From contig DMXP01000005.1 of the NCBI GenBank assembly GCA_003483855.1, forward strand, positions 29,202-93,201: a stretch of 64,000 nucleotides of DNA. The letters run 5' to 3'. Positions 48,242-58,270 of this stretch are shown piece after piece (within the stretch, counting starts at the first letter, position 1; each line of letters opens with the position of its first letter). Source of the stretch: Candidatus Yonathbacteria bacterium (GTDB lineage Bacteria; Patescibacteriota; Minisyncoccia; Phycocordibacterales; UBA1550). The translations under genes and the position numbers were made by a program. The notes beneath the pieces are model-generated. The model made no database searches. It saw only the letters and a program-made list of their open reading frames with translations, and had not been told where the DNA came from.

Positions 48242-50932
48242 TTAAATGCTTGCTTTTGCTCTAACTCGCGTTTTTGTCGTCACTTGTTTTTTCTCCACAC
48301 GGATAGCAATCTCGTCTTTCTCCACAGAGACTAGCACGCGACCGCCTTTTAGCACTCCAGATGAAATCATAAGCGAAGCGACTGGTGTCAAAATCTTTGT
48401 CTGGATTAGTCTCTTGAGCGGGCGTGCGCCGTAGCGTGAGTCGTACCCTTTTTCGGCAAGATATGTCAGAACTTCGGGCATAACATTGAGAGCAATTTCT
48501 TTTTCTGCGAGTCGCTTCTTTATGATATCCACCTGGAGTCCGACAATACTCTTGATAACCTCTGGCGACAAAATATCAAAAATGATGATTTCGTCCAAGC
48601 GGTTCAAAAATTCTGGACGGAAGAAATCCTTAAGCGAGCCCATCACGCGCTCCTTTGCGTCGGAATAATCAGCACTGTCACTCGCATGCGCGCCGAAACC
48701 AATCGCCTGCATTTTATCAATGTATTCAGAACCAATGTTTGATGTCAAAATGATGACAGTGTTTTTGAAATTCACCACACGACCTTTTGAGTCTGTAAGG
48801 TGACCACTGTCAAGAACCTGAAGCAAGATGTTGAACACCTCTGGATGCGCTTTCTCAATTTCGTCAAAGAGTAACACAGAGTATGGGCGATGGCGCACTG
48901 TCTCAGTGAGGTTTCCACTCTCTTCGTGTCCCACATATCCAGGAGGTGAGCCGATTAATTTTGACACTGAGTGTTTCTCCATATACTCCGACATATCCAC
49001 TCGAACAAGCGCTTTGTCGTCGTTGAACATAAACTCAGCGAGTGCTTTAGAGAGCTCTGTCTTACCAACACCTGTTGGTCCAAGGAAAAGAAACGAGCCG
49101 ATTGGGCGGTTTGGATCGGCGATGCCCGCGCGCGTACGTTTGATTGCGTCTGAAACTTTTTGGATAGCGTCCCTTTGTCCTACAACACGCTTCTCAAGTT
49201 CTGCTTCTATGTGCGCAAGCTTTCCAGCTTCTTCCTCGAGCATCTTGGTCACCGGAATACCTGTCCAACGAGCAACAACTTCCGCGATATCTTGCTCTAC
49301 AACTTCTTCCTTCAAAATACGACGTGATGACTGAAGCTTTTTCAGACGCGCGACTTTAGAAACCAAATCTTTTTCAAATGATGGAATGCGTCCATAACGA
49401 ATCTCCGCCGCAAGAGCGAGGTCAGCTTTCATTTCAGCAGTTTCTGCCTCCAGGCGAGCAGTCTCCAGACTTTTCTTGATTGCGCGAATGTCTTGAACAA
49501 GCTCCTTTTCGTTTTTCCACTTAATCTCTATTTCCTTTGTCTTCTCGCGAAGGTCACCGATTTCCTTATCAATCTTTTTTGTGCGCGCTTTTGCATTTTT
49601 GCCGGCATCACCCTCAATAGTTGACTCCTTTTTAAGGGCCTCTTTTTCAATTTCAAGACGCATTATGCGACGATGTGCCTCCTCAAGAACAGGCGGTTTG
49701 TTTTCAAGCGAAATGCGAAGTGACGACGCAGCCTCGTCTATAAGGTCCACTGCTTTGTCTGGTAGAAAACGATCGGTGATGTAGCGACTTGAGAGATTTA
49801 CCGCAGCCATAATTGCGTCGTCTGTAATATGCACTCCGTGAAAGAGTTCGTATTTTTCTTTTAGTCCACGAAGAATAGCCACCGCGTCTTCAATGCTTGG
49901 CTCATTTACATGCACAGGCTGGAAACGACGAGTAAGCGCGGGATCTTTTTCAATATGCTTTTGGTACTCACGAAGGGTCGTTGCGCCGATAGCGCGAAGC
50001 TCCCCGCGAGCTAGAGCAGGCTTCAACATATTTGACGCGTCCATAGAACCCTCCGCGGCGCCAGCGCCTACTATAGTGTGAATCTCGTCTATAAAAAGAA
50101 TTATCTTCCCTTCCGAGCGCTCAATTTCTTTCATAATTTTCTTCAAACGATCCTCAAATTCACCGCGGTACTTTGTGCCTGCGATAAGCTGACCAAGGTC
50201 TAGAGAGACGAGCTCCTTGCCCTTCAGAGACTCTGGCACGTCACCCTTTGCCATGCGAATAGCGAGTCCTTCCACAACAGCAGTCTTGCCCACACCTGCC
50301 TCCCCAATAAGAATGGGATTGTTTTTTGTGCGACGAGAAAGAATTTGAATTATACGCCCGACTTCATTATCGCGACCAATCACTGGGTCAAGCTTGTCCT
50401 GACCAGCAAGCGCTGTGAGGTTCCTCGTGTATTTGTAAACTGACTTGAGTTTTTTTGATGGCGTGCTGTCTGTAATATTTTGTGTGCGAAATTCCTCTAG
50501 CACGCGCATTACACCTTCGCGGTCAATATTGTGACGTGACAAAAATTCGCGCGCTTGACCTTCTACGTCAAAAAGCGCGAGAAAAAGATGTTCACAGGAA
50601 ATCTGTTCGTCTTTCATTGCTTCTGCAAGGCGGGGCGCAACTTCTCCCAAAACTTGCCCAAGCTCAGGAGTAAGATACAGTTGATACGATGCCGAAGCGA
50701 CATTTTGCGAGGTTGTTGGTTCAATGAGATCAAGGATCGCTTCCGCAAACGCCATTGAGTCCACATCTAGACGATCTAGGATAGACACAACAATACTCTC
50801 GTCGTCGAGGACAAGGGAAGTCAATAGGTGCATTGGGCTCACATGGTTCTGCCCGCGCTCTACCGCAAGCTCGTGCGCGCGACGAATAATATCGCGAGCT
50901 TTTGTTGTGAAATTGTTAAATGGTGGCATCAT
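48242..50932 (-). CDS. clpB: ATP-dependent chaperone ClpB
   Basis: Two AAA+ modules ([15 protein letters not shown]; [15 protein letters not shown]), a long middle coiled coil and the Clp N-domain. Start trimmed to [15 protein letters not shown]. Confidence 0.93.
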   Translation of the reverse strand: MMPPFNNFTTKARDIIRRAHELAVERGQNHVSPMHLLTSLVLDDESIVVSILDRLDVDSMAFAEAILDLIEPTTSQNVASASYQLYLTPELGQVLGEVAPRLAEAMKDEQISCEHLFLALFDVEGQAREFLSRHNIDREGVMRVLEEFRTQNITDSTPSKKLKSVYKYTRNLTALAGQDKLDPVIGRDNEVGRIIQILSRRTKNNPILIGEAGVGKTAVVEGLAIRMAKGDVPESLKGKELVSLDLGQLIAGTKYRGEFEDRLKKIMKEIERSEGKIILFIDEIHTIVGAGAAEGSMDASNMLKPALARGELRAIGATTLREYQKHIEKDPALTRRFQPVHVNEPSIEDAVAILRGLKEKYELFHGVHITDDAIMAAVNLSSRYITDRFLPDKAVDLIDEAASSLRISLENKPPVLEEAHRRIMRLEIEKEALKKESTIEGDAGKNAKARTKKIDKEIGDLREKTKEIEIKWKNEKELVQDIRAIKKSLETARLEAETAEMKADLALAAEIRYGRIPSFEKDLVSKVARLKKLQSSRRILKEEVVEQDIAEVVARWTGIPVTKMLEEEAGKLAHIEAELEKRVVGQRDAIQKVSDAIKRTRAGIADPNRPIGSFLFLGPTGVGKTELSKALAEFMFNDDKALVRVDMSEYMEKHSVSKLIGSPPGYVGHEESGNLTETVRHRPYSVLLFDEIEKAHPEVFNILLQVLDSGHLTDSKGRVVNFKNTVIILTSNIGSEYIDKMQAIGFGAHASDSADYSDAKERVMGSLKDFFRPEFLNRLDEIIIFDILSPEVIKSIVGLQVDIIKKRLAEKEIALNVMPEVLTYLAEKGYDSRYGARPLKRLIQTKILTPVASLMISSGVLKGGRVLVSVEKDEIAIRVEKKQVTTKTRVRAKASI

Positions 50933-50949
50933 TTGAATTGAATGTTGAC

Positions 50950-50990
50950 GAATTAGCAAATTCGCGCCTGGCGCTATCGAATATTGAATG
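50950..50990 (-). promoter_or_regulatory. palindromic GAATT-n4-AATTC plus CATTCAATATTC motif pair upstream of clpB
   Basis: Coding-strand reading: cattcaatattcgat...cgaatttgctaattcg...aacattcaattcaa then ATG. The same two motifs precede the HtrA-like gene. Confidence 0.35.
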
Positions 50991-51060
50991 CTAGATATTA
51001 AGAGTAATGTACAATAGCTGTTCTCCCCTGTCAAACTTCGCCGTAAAAATGCTGAACCCA

Positions 51061-51903
51061 CTATATAATCTTCTCAGGATCAGCAAGGGCTGTTTTCGTG
51101 GCTTCATTAATGAGCCTTTTTGCTTCTGTCACAGGTACTCCATACTGAGAACCAGTGCTTTCATCAATATTCAAAAAACCAATAATTTCGCCGTTCAAAT
51201 TAATGATAGGCGCGCCGTTTGATGTGCCGGCAAAGCGCATGGAGATTGCGATATTGTCCAAAATCTTCGTTTCAACTTTTGTTTCCTTGTCAACAACAGC
51301 GCGCGTATCAAGGCTTGTGATAATTCCAGTTGAAATCGTTTTTCCGTCACGACCGGCGATGACAAGTGAAGTTTGCCCAAGTTTTAGTGTGTCGGGATTC
51401 CCAAACGCGACAGTGTTAAACTTTGGTGTTGATGTTGCTGACACTGGCACAAGGCGACCAAGACCTAACGAGTTTGCCTTATTGTTTGAAATAACTTCAA
51501 GAGTGTATTGGATTCCATTGATTGTCGTATAGAGTACACCAAGTCCAAGATTCCAACGAGCTGTTATCACAAGTCCATCAGGAGACACAATCGTTCCCAC
51601 CCCTGCAGAAAGAACACCTCCATCACCAATCTCCGCCTTAAAAGGAATAATGTTATTTATGTTTTTATCGATAGCCACCACGAGTAGGTCTTCATCTTTA
51701 ACCACAACAGTTGCACCCGGCTTATCTACAAAAGTAGGAGTAATCTTTTCTATCGTGCGCTCAACCACGTTGGTTATCGTTTGATTTACTGGGTCAGGCG
51801 CCTGATCCATAAGTGTAACTACAACGATTCCTGTTGCCATTGATGCAACAAAACTAACGAAAAGTGTGAGTAAAACTATTTGCGCTTTTGTGAGATGCTC
51901 CAT
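51061..51903 (-). CDS. trypsin-like serine protease (HtrA/DegP S1C core, no PDZ) with N-terminal TM
   Basis: SAGVGTIVSPDGLVITARWNL...GNSGGPLI-like region (GTSNGAPIINLNGEIIGF). 280 aa. Confidence 0.75.
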   Translation of the reverse strand: MEHLTKAQIVLLTLFVSFVASMATGIVVVTLMDQAPDPVNQTITNVVERTIEKITPTFVDKPGATVVVKDEDLLVVAIDKNINNIIPFKAEIGDGGVLSAGVGTIVSPDGLVITARWNLGLGVLYTTINGIQYTLEVISNNKANSLGLGRLVPVSATSTPKFNTVAFGNPDTLKLGQTSLVIAGRDGKTISTGIITSLDTRAVVDKETKVETKILDNIAISMRFAGTSNGAPIINLNGEIIGFLNIDESTGSQYGVPVTEAKRLINEATKTALADPEKII

Positions 51904-51907
51904 AGGG

Positions 51908-51956
51908 TTGAATATTGAATGTTGAATTAGCGTCCAAGACGTGAATTTGTTAATTC
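51908..51956 (-). promoter_or_regulatory. CATTCAATATTC heptamers + cgtccaagacg palindrome + GAATT-n4-AATTC palindrome upstream of the HtrA-like gene
   Basis: Coding-strand reading: gaattaacaaattc-acgtcttggacg-ctaattcaacattcaatattcaaccct then ATG. Confidence 0.35.
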
Positions 51957-52023
51957 AAGAATGTAGAACAAATGCGGATACAAATACTCTCAATTCTTTA
52001 TTATTGTAATTGTACAGCCTTGT

Positions 52024-52599
52024 CTATTTTACTGCAAGAAATCGCTCAGATGCAACGCTCCAGTCAATCGCATTCCAAAACGCAGAGATGTAGTCCGCGC
52101 GTTTGATGCCATAGTCTAGAGCAAATGCGTGTTCAAATACATCCATCACCAAAATGATTGTCGTTCCAGCGAGATGCCCGCCGTCGTGTTCATTTATCCA
52201 CACATTAAAAAGTTTTCCCGTTTCCACATCGCGCGCAAGCACAGCCCAGCCAATACCACGCATAGCGCCAATTGCGCGAAAATCTTTTTCCCAGTTTTCC
52301 ACTGAACCAAAATCCTCTTCAAGTTTTTTCGCAAGCAAGGACTTTATATCCAAATCACTTCCGCCCTTAGTCATATTCCCAAAATATAATTCGTGCAGAC
52401 GCATTCCGTTCCACTCCCATCCGAAACGACGCTTTAGCTCGCTGTACGGCGGTGTTCCAACATCTGCGGGCTTTAGAAACTCGTGAATTTTATTGGTATT
52501 AGAAACATATCCCTCGTAGAGCGTGAAATGGTTACGTAGAAGCACATCCGAAAATCCATCGGTTCCCAAAAGTCGTTCAAAATTTTTTGCTTCGTACAT
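52024..52599 (-). CDS. Fe/Mn superoxide dismutase
   Basis: HHxxHH-type N-terminus (LRNHFTLYEGYVSN) and C-terminal DVFEHAFALDYG (the DxWEHAYY motif). Confidence 0.9.
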   Translation of the reverse strand: MYEAKNFERLLGTDGFSDVLLRNHFTLYEGYVSNTNKIHEFLKPADVGTPPYSELKRRFGWEWNGMRLHELYFGNMTKGGSDLDIKSLLAKKLEEDFGSVENWEKDFRAIGAMRGIGWAVLARDVETGKLFNVWINEHDGGHLAGTTIILVMDVFEHAFALDYGIKRADYISAFWNAIDWSVASERFLAVK

Positions 52600-52625
52600 A
52601 ATAATTTAGTCTAAAGTTATTAAGG

Positions 52626-53810
52626 TTAAATTAAATCGCTCTGCGCTTGCGATTCACGGAGGAATGGTACGAGACGAATGATTTCATTCGCCACGTGCGC
52701 AATATCCTCATTTTTTGTTTCCCTTCCGAGTGAAAAGCGGATTGAGCCTGATTCACCTTCATTTGCTTCGCCTATCGCCATTATAACATGAGACGGTCCA
52801 CCATCTGAACTCTTGCAAGCACTCTTCCCAGACACCGCAACCCCAGAAGCATCAAGGTAAAGCACGAGCGCTTCACTATCCACTCCGTCAAACGAAATGT
52901 TCAAAATATTTGGCAAACTGTGTTCAAGAGAGCCGTTCACACTTGTGCCTGAAACTTTCTTAAGAATCTTCGTAGCGAGCGCGTCGCGAAGGATAACCAC
53001 GCGCTTCCCTTCTTTCGCGCTCATTTTTTGCGCCTCCTGTAGGGCCTCTGCGAACCCTCTAGCAAGGGCAACGGCTTCCGTGCCTGGACGACGACCGCCT
53101 TCATGTTCACCGCCGTACATTTGCGAAAGCAAATTAACTCCGCGTTTTACAAATAGCGCGCCGATACCGCGTGGGCCGTATGTCTTGCCAGAAGAAATGG
53201 TCATCAAGTCTACACCAAGGCGTAGCACGTTGATGTCCAAGTAGTTCCCTGCTTGCGCGGCGTCTGTATGAAAATATGGGTACGCGCTTCCGTTCATTTT
53301 CCTTGCATGGCGAATTTCTTTTGCAACATCAATAATCGGCTCAATCGTTCCGATTTCATTATTCGCATACATTATAGACACAAGAGCAGTTTCAGGAGTG
53401 ATAAGTTTCCGCAGCTCTCTCGTGTCCACCAGCCCGCGACTATCAACAGGGAGATAATCCACCTGAATCCCAGCAGATTCAAATGCTCTCGCAAGTCCAA
53501 TAACCGATGCGTGCTCAATAGCAGATACAATGATACGTGGTTTCGCAATTCCACAAGCGCGCACCACACCGCTTATCGCCAAATTGTTCGCCTCGGTCGC
53601 GCTACTCGTGAAAACAATCTCATCTGGACGCGCGGACAAACATTCAGCAATTCCGGCACGAGCCGTCTCGAGGACGGCTCGTGCCGACCTGCCCTCCTTA
53701 TGAATCCCACTCGGGTTCCCTGGAAACTTTTTTGTCGCTTCAACAACCGCGCGCAAAGCCGTGGCACTCACCGGCATCGCCGAAGCATAATCCATGTAGA
53801 TTCTTTTCAT
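52626..53810 (-). CDS. cysteine desulfurase (aminotransferase class V, IscS/NifS-like)
   Basis: SATEANNLAI, the PLP-lysine region SSGKTYGPRGIGAL, and the C-terminal active-site loop SGKSACKSSDGGPSHV. Confidence 0.9.
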   Translation of the reverse strand: MKRIYMDYASAMPVSATALRAVVEATKKFPGNPSGIHKEGRSARAVLETARAGIAECLSARPDEIVFTSSATEANNLAISGVVRACGIAKPRIIVSAIEHASVIGLARAFESAGIQVDYLPVDSRGLVDTRELRKLITPETALVSIMYANNEIGTIEPIIDVAKEIRHARKMNGSAYPYFHTDAAQAGNYLDINVLRLGVDLMTISSGKTYGPRGIGALFVKRGVNLLSQMYGGEHEGGRRPGTEAVALARGFAEALQEAQKMSAKEGKRVVILRDALATKILKKVSGTSVNGSLEHSLPNILNISFDGVDSEALVLYLDASGVAVSGKSACKSSDGGPSHVIMAIGEANEGESGSIRFSLGRETKNEDIAHVANEIIRLVPFLRESQAQSDLI

Positions 53811-53917
53811 CCCGACATCATATCCCGCGAGTCAATTGTTTTCAATAGTTGAACCCAACCTTGGTCTTTCTGGCGAGGCGGTCTTCCTATTTACCAGCAA
53901 TGCAAAATAAGCATTGG

Positions 53918-54086
53918 GTTCCCCTCCTTGGCGAGGAATGTCTCTTGTGCGGGGACTTGCGAAAGCGACGGCTTGAGCACGAGGACGATTTAGCAAAATC
54001 GCACCTTGGGCTTTTCTAAAATAAATATCCGTACCTCATTCACCAGAATGACCTACGGGCAAGTCCACAAGACGACATCCGAGCAG
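53918..54086. repeat. copy A of the ~170-bp palindromic (MITE-like) structured element
   Basis: Aligns with 35061-35232. A 20-30 nt module present in the left arm of copy B (ggtcattctgctgaatgag) appears here as its reverse complement in the right arm (ctcattcaccagaatgacc). Confidence 0.5.
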
Positions 54087-54285
54087 TTTTTGCAAAAATC
54101 CTTAAAATGTGGTACATTTTCGGAACCTCCTCTCTAAAATAGTGCTGAGATGAAAGGTTTTAATTTCGTAGCGAGAATTTCAAGACGCGAAGAGGTGAAG
54201 CGAGCTTCATTGATGAGTGCCTTGAAATTTGTAGTAGAAATTTAAGCCTTATCAGCCAGCAATATTTTAGAGGGCGGTTCCTAAT

Positions 54286-54753
54286 ATGACACCAGAAGCT
54301 CTACAAATAACCGTTATCGTATTGAGCGTTATCATGATAGCGCTCTCTGCATTGGTTTTTGTATTAGAGCGTCGTATGAAAAAGCTACTCGCGGGGAAAG
54401 ACGCATTGAGTCTTGAGGAAACAATTGTAGCCCTGGGCAAAGACATTCGCGCTCTGGAAAAGTTTCAGTCAGATACGGAGAACTACATTACTGATTCAAA
54501 CAGACGCATCAAGCGAAGCATTCAAGGTGTTGAGACAATTCGTTTCAACGCTTTCAAAGGCAACGGTGAAGGAGGAAACCAAAGTTTCGCAATCGCGCTC
54601 CTGTCTGAAAATGGCGATGGAACGGTAATCTCCTCCCTCTTCGCTCGCGACCGAATGAGCATCTTTGCAAAGCCCATCAAAAACTTCACTTCCGAACTTG
54701 AAATGACAGACGAAGAAAAGGACGCGGTCAAACGCGCGACACCGAATCAGTAG
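54286..54753 (+). CDS. DUF4446-like small membrane protein
   Basis: N-terminal TM, then ...RFNAFKGNGEGGNQSFAIALLSENGDG... Its stop codon lies inside the 27-bp double-palindrome element. Confidence 0.55.
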   Translation: MTPEALQITVIVLSVIMIALSALVFVLERRMKKLLAGKDALSLEETIVALGKDIRALEKFQSDTENYITDSNRRIKRSIQGVETIRFNAFKGNGEGGNQSFAIALLSENGDGTVISSLFARDRMSIFAKPIKNFTSELEMTDEEKDAVKRATPNQ

Positions 54754-54770
54754 ATTCGCGTCTTGGACGT
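54743..54770. repeat. 27-bp double palindrome (gaatcagtagattc + cgtcttggacg)
   Basis: Same element as 15846-15874 and 57053-57080. Confidence 0.45.
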
Positions 54771-54819
54771 AAAATTAATAAGTTCCTCATACGTTCGCGT
54801 TTGTATTTTCATTTTTTTT

Positions 54820-56355
54820 ATGACAAAAAATTCCACATCAAAAATAATTCCACGTCCGCCCATTGTTGTTATCATGGGGCATATTGACCATGGAAAGTCA
54901 TCGCTCCTTGACTACGTCCGCAAGACAAACGTTGTTGAGGGAGAAGCTGGTGGCATTACTCAGCACATTTCTGCATACGAGGTGTCACACCATCTTGACC
55001 AAACGCGAAAAGATGCGCTCGCGAGCAACCGCATCACTTTTCTAGATACTCCGGGGCACGAAGCTTTTTCAAAAATGCGCGCTCGTGGCGCAGGGGTAGC
55101 GGACATTGCTATTCTTGTAGTCTCAGCAGAAGACGGTGTGAAGGAGCAAACAAAAGAGGCGCTTCGTTCTATTAAAGAGGCCGGCATCCCGTACATTGTC
55201 GCCATCAATAAAATAGACAAGCCAAACGCAAACATTGAGCGCACAAAACAAAATCTCGCTGAGAACGAAATCTATCTTGAGGGATTCGGCGGTGACGTGC
55301 CATTCGTACCAATCTCTGCAAAGCTCGGCACCGGTGTGCCAGACCTTTTGGATATGATGCTTCTTGTTGCAGAAATGGAGAACCTTACAGGCGACACATC
55401 GCTTCCAGCAGAAGGAATTGTGGTGGAGTCAAACATTGATACAAAACGTGGCACATCCGCAACTCTCATCATTACAAATGGCACACTCAAAAAAGGAATG
55501 TTCATTCTCGCAGAGGAAAGCATGTCCCCTGTGCGCGTGATTGAAAACTTTCTAGGCAAGCAAGTTTCCGAAGCAACATTCTCATCCCCTGTTCAGATTA
55601 CCGGCTTTGACGCTCTCCCTGCTGTAGGAAGCACTTTCCGCGCGTACGCAAACAAAAAAGATGCTGAGAAGGTTCAGCTTGAACTCAGGGAAGCAAAGAG
55701 CAAGGAAAAAGTGAAGGAGATTGTGCGGACAATCCCGCTCGCAGACGACGCGCTTGTCGTGCCTATTGTTTTGAAATCAGACGTCGCAGGTACCCTTGAA
55801 GCGATTGAAAAAGAACTTGCTAAAATTGAGCGCGAGCGTGTTGTAATAAAAATCATCGCGAAGGGTGTCGGCACTATCGGTGAAAACGACGCGAAGCTCG
55901 CTTCTGGTTCAGACAGCGCCATCATCATTGGCTTCCACACAAAGGTAGAGCGTGGCGCACAAGATATTGCGGAGCGCTTTGGCATCACTATCAAAACTTT
56001 TGATATCATCTACAAACTTTCAGAGTGGTTAAACGAGGAGCTAGATCGTCGCACACCTAAAGTTATGGGCGAGGAAGTTGTTGGTATGGCAAAAATTCTC
56101 AAAACATTCAGCGCCACAAAGCACAAGCAGGTTATTGGTGGAAAGGTAACTTCAGGCACGCTTGAAGTTGGCGCGCAGGTAAAGATTATGCGTCGCGATG
56201 TTGAAATCGGTCGCGGAAAAATTGAAGGTCTCCAAGCGCAAAAACTTCCAGCGAAAAAAGTTGAGGAAGGAAACGAGTGCGGAATGATGATAGACGGAAA
56301 AATTGAAATTGCCGGCGGTGACGTGCTTGAAGCTTTTGTGATGAACGCCAAATAA
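54820..56355 (+). CDS. infB: translation initiation factor IF-2 (short form: G domain to C-terminus)
   Basis: [46 protein letters not shown]. Start trimmed to MTKNSTSK. The long N-terminal domains of canonical IF-2 are absent. Confidence 0.9.
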   Translation: MTKNSTSKIIPRPPIVVIMGHIDHGKSSLLDYVRKTNVVEGEAGGITQHISAYEVSHHLDQTRKDALASNRITFLDTPGHEAFSKMRARGAGVADIAILVVSAEDGVKEQTKEALRSIKEAGIPYIVAINKIDKPNANIERTKQNLAENEIYLEGFGGDVPFVPISAKLGTGVPDLLDMMLLVAEMENLTGDTSLPAEGIVVESNIDTKRGTSATLIITNGTLKKGMFILAEESMSPVRVIENFLGKQVSEATFSSPVQITGFDALPAVGSTFRAYANKKDAEKVQLELREAKSKEKVKEIVRTIPLADDALVVPIVLKSDVAGTLEAIEKELAKIERERVVIKIIAKGVGTIGENDAKLASGSDSAIIIGFHTKVERGAQDIAERFGITIKTFDIIYKLSEWLNEELDRRTPKVMGEEVVGMAKILKTFSATKHKQVIGGKVTSGTLEVGAQVKIMRRDVEIGRGKIEGLQAQKLPAKKVEEGNECGMMIDGKIEIAGGDVLEAFVMNAK

Positions 56356-56526
56356 AGGCCACTCGCTAAATTCTTTTTAGGGTACGACTTTTTTGAAGCT
56401 TAAAAAAATCTGAAGTTTTCGCGCCGTCGCGCTCAAAACCCCCTAAAAAGCAATTTAGCTCGCTCTGAGTTAGGGGAGCCGACTTAAATTACGAATTGTG
56501 GTAGTATAAAAAATAATAAGAAAATC

Positions 56527-56853
56527 ATGACCACTCCAAGACAAGACAAAATGCGCGCATTCCTACGCGCCATCGCCGCAGACTTTTTCACTCGTGAAGC
56601 TGGAAAAAACTCGCTCATCACAGTGACAGATGCGACCATCTCCCCCGACTTCAAACGTGGGACAATTTACTTTACCTGCTTCCCCACAAGCGAGGAAGAG
56701 AAGGCTCTTGATTTCGCAAAACGAAAGCGCACCGAACTCCGTGAATACATCAAAGATCATGCGCATTTAAAAAATCTTCCAGTGCTTGAAGTAAAGATAG
56801 ATGAAGGCGAACGAAACCGCCAGAGAATTGACGAGTTGGGACAACAAGGCTAA
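56527..56853 (+). CDS. rbfA: ribosome-binding factor A
   Basis: LITVTDATISPDFKRGTIYFT. It follows infB as usual. Confidence 0.85.
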   Translation: MTTPRQDKMRAFLRAIAADFFTREAGKNSLITVTDATISPDFKRGTIYFTCFPTSEEEKALDFAKRKRTELREYIKDHAHLKNLPVLEVKIDEGERNRQRIDELGQQG

Positions 56854-56894
56854 GATAGGCAGGTGCTTAGGTTTAAGATCCACAAATAGGGAAC

Positions 56895-57047
56895 ATGGCA
56901 ATAAAACCAAAGTGTGATAAATGTAAAGAAGAACTCAAAGATTTTGGTGGCATTTTATTAAGTCCGCCTGACAAAAAAGATATGGTTAGGAAATTTCATT
57001 TGTGCCAAAAGTGTTACAAAGAAATCTCAAATGAGTTAAAAAATTAA
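56895..57047 (+). CDS. small zinc-ribbon protein (50 aa, 2x CxxC)
   Basis: MAIKPKCDKCKEELKDFGGILLSPPDKKDMVRKFHLCQKCYKEISNELKN. SD aggga lies 4 nt upstream. Below the ORF-track size cutoff. Confidence 0.5.
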   Translation: MAIKPKCDKCKEELKDFGGILLSPPDKKDMVRKFHLCQKCYKEISNELKN

Positions 57048-57052
57048 GGTTT

Positions 57053-57080
57053 ACGTCCAAGACGTGAATCAGCTGATTCA
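57053..57080. repeat. 27-bp double palindrome (cgtccaagacg + gaatcagctgattc), inverted order relative to 54743-54770, abutting tRNA-Cys
   Basis: cgtccaagacgtgaatcagctgattc. Confidence 0.45.
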
Positions 57081-57152
57081 GGCGTGGTAGCCAAGTGGTA
57101 AGGCAGTGGTTTGCAAAACCTCTACACGCGAGTTCGATTCTCGCCCACGCCT
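57081..57152 (+). tRNA. tRNA-Cys (anticodon GCA)
   Basis: GGCGTGG-TA-GCC...GGC-A-GTGGT-TTGCAAA-ACCTC-TACAC-GCGAG-TTCGATT-CTCGC-CCACGCC-T. The discriminator is U. Confidence 0.88.
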
Positions 57153-57418
57153 CAAAGAAAATTCTGTTAAGAATTTTCTTGGCGTGGGAGCAGGTAAACT
57201 GCTTTGCCTGCGTCGGGTCCTAAATTTCGCACAACTTTGTTGTGCGAAATCTTACGACATGATTTTTGAAGCGCAAAAATCAGAATCGAAGGGCGGAGCA
57301 TGTCGCTTGCGACAGCGAGCCGGGGTCGCGAACACTTTGTAGTTTTCAAGCGAAGCGAAGAAAAATACTTAGTGATTCGTGACCGAGAGCGCCCACGCCT
57401 CAAGAAACAATTAAATAC
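57153..57418 (+). repeat. hairpin-dense spacer between tRNA-Cys and tRNA-Leu carrying tRNA-flanking mosaic motifs
   Basis: gaaaattct-gtta-agaattttc (57161-57182), tttcgcacaac-ttt-gttgtgcgaaa (57226-57250), gcgagccggggtcgcgaacac, agcgaagcgaag and aaaaatacttagtgattcgtgacc are shared with 44709-44930, 46531-46610 and 57597-57704. Confidence 0.4.
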
Positions 57419-57499
57419 GTCCGGGTGGTGGAATGGTATACACAGGAGACTTAAAATTTCCCGCCGTAAGGCTTATGGGTTCGAGTCCCATCCCGGACA
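57419..57499 (+). tRNA. tRNA-Leu (anticodon TAA)
   Basis: GTCCGGG-TG-GTG...CAC-A-GGAGA-CTTAAAA-TTTCC, a 13-nt variable arm, ATGGG-TTCGAGT-CCCAT-CCCGGAC-A. Confidence 0.88.
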
Positions 57500-57720
57500 C
57501 AAAATTAACAAGCGGAAAGCGATAGCTTTTTGCGACTGTAATTTTGTAGTCCGGGATGGGACTCGAAAGCCGGAGGCGGGCACCTTGTGTAATCACAAGG
57601 TCGCTGAGGCGGGGTCGCGAGTACTTAGGAGCGAAGCGACTTAGTAACTCGGGCCAAGCTTAGGGCCAAGCCCCGAATTTGTTAATTCGAAATCTGCTGA
57701 TTCGTGACCGCGGACCATCC
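57500..57720 (+). repeat. post-tRNA-Leu noncoding repeats: inverted copy of the tRNA 3-prime end and the 45-bp segment shared with 43116-43160
   Basis: gtagtccgggatgggactcgaaagcc (57547-57572) is the reverse complement of the tRNA-Leu T-arm and acceptor. 57660-57704 ttagggccaagccccgaatttgttaattcgaaatctgctgattcg. Confidence 0.45.
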
Positions 57721-57807
57721 CTGTATTACCAAACAAGATTTGCCGAGCAAGCTAGTCCAATTGTAACAAACAAAAACACCCATAAGGGGTGTCTATGTTT
57801 ATATTTG

Positions 57808-57890
57808 TGCCGAGGAGAGGACTTGAACCTCCATGGGTTAACCCCGCTTGCTCCTAAGGCAAGTGCGTCTACCAATTTCGCCACCTCGGC
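57808..57890 (-). tRNA. tRNA-Leu (anticodon TAG)
   Basis: GCCGAGG...CTTGC-CTTAGGA-GCAAG, a long variable arm, GAGGTTCAAGTCCTC, TCCTCGGC-A. Confidence 0.88.
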
Positions 57891-57901
57891 ACTTCGCCCT
57901 G

Positions 57902-57974
57902 TGCACCCAGTAGGATTCGAACCTACGACCGTCTCGTTAAGAGCGAGCTGCTCTACCAACTGAGCTATGGGTGC
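57902..57974 (-). tRNA. tRNA-Lys (anticodon CTT)
   Basis: GCACCCA-TA-GCTC-AGTTGGTA-GAGC-A-GCTCG-CTCTTAA-CGAGA-CGGTC-GTAGG-TTCGAAT-CCTAC-TGGGTGC-A. There is one G-A mismatch at the top of the anticodon stem. Confidence 0.8.
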
Positions 57975-58028
57975 ATGTAGAAAGCATTATACACAAAAAC
58001 TGGAAAATTAAAAGACGTTTTTGTTTTG

Positions 58029-58113
58029 TGCTGGAGGGCGGGACTTGAACCCGCATAAGCTTACGCTCGTAGCGTTCTGAACACTATGTGTATACCAATT
58101 TCACCACTCCAGC
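58029..58113 (-). tRNA. tRNA-Leu (anticodon CAG)
   Basis: GCTGGAG...TAGTG-TTCAGAA-CGCTA, a long variable arm, GCGGGTTCAAGTCCCGC, CCTCCAGC-A. Confidence 0.88.
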
Positions 58114-58183
58114 AAAATTTTATCTTTTTGAATATCCCAAATTTTACCATATTTCCCAAGCCTTCCACGTCGTACGTGCGGGC

Positions 58184-58212
58184 TTGACTTTTTCATCAAA
58201 ATCCTATATAAT
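58184..58212 (+). promoter_or_regulatory. canonical sigma70-type promoter for the SPFH operon
   Basis: TTGACT (58184-58189), 17-nt spacer, TATAAT (58207-58212). SD aggagg lies 7 nt before the ATG at 58271. Confidence 0.55.
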
Positions 58213-58270
58213 ATAAAAAGGTTACAGATCTTTGATAATTGCAAATTAAACTTACTTATAGGAGGTTCAA

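Noticed and set aside
53811-54285. Element A as a 5-prime leader or riboswitch of iscS
   Set aside because: A leaderless-type promoter candidate (TTGAAA-17-TATGAT) lies between the element and the iscS ATG, so the element is probably not transcribed as part of the iscS mRNA. It is left as an upstream repeat element of uncertain role.
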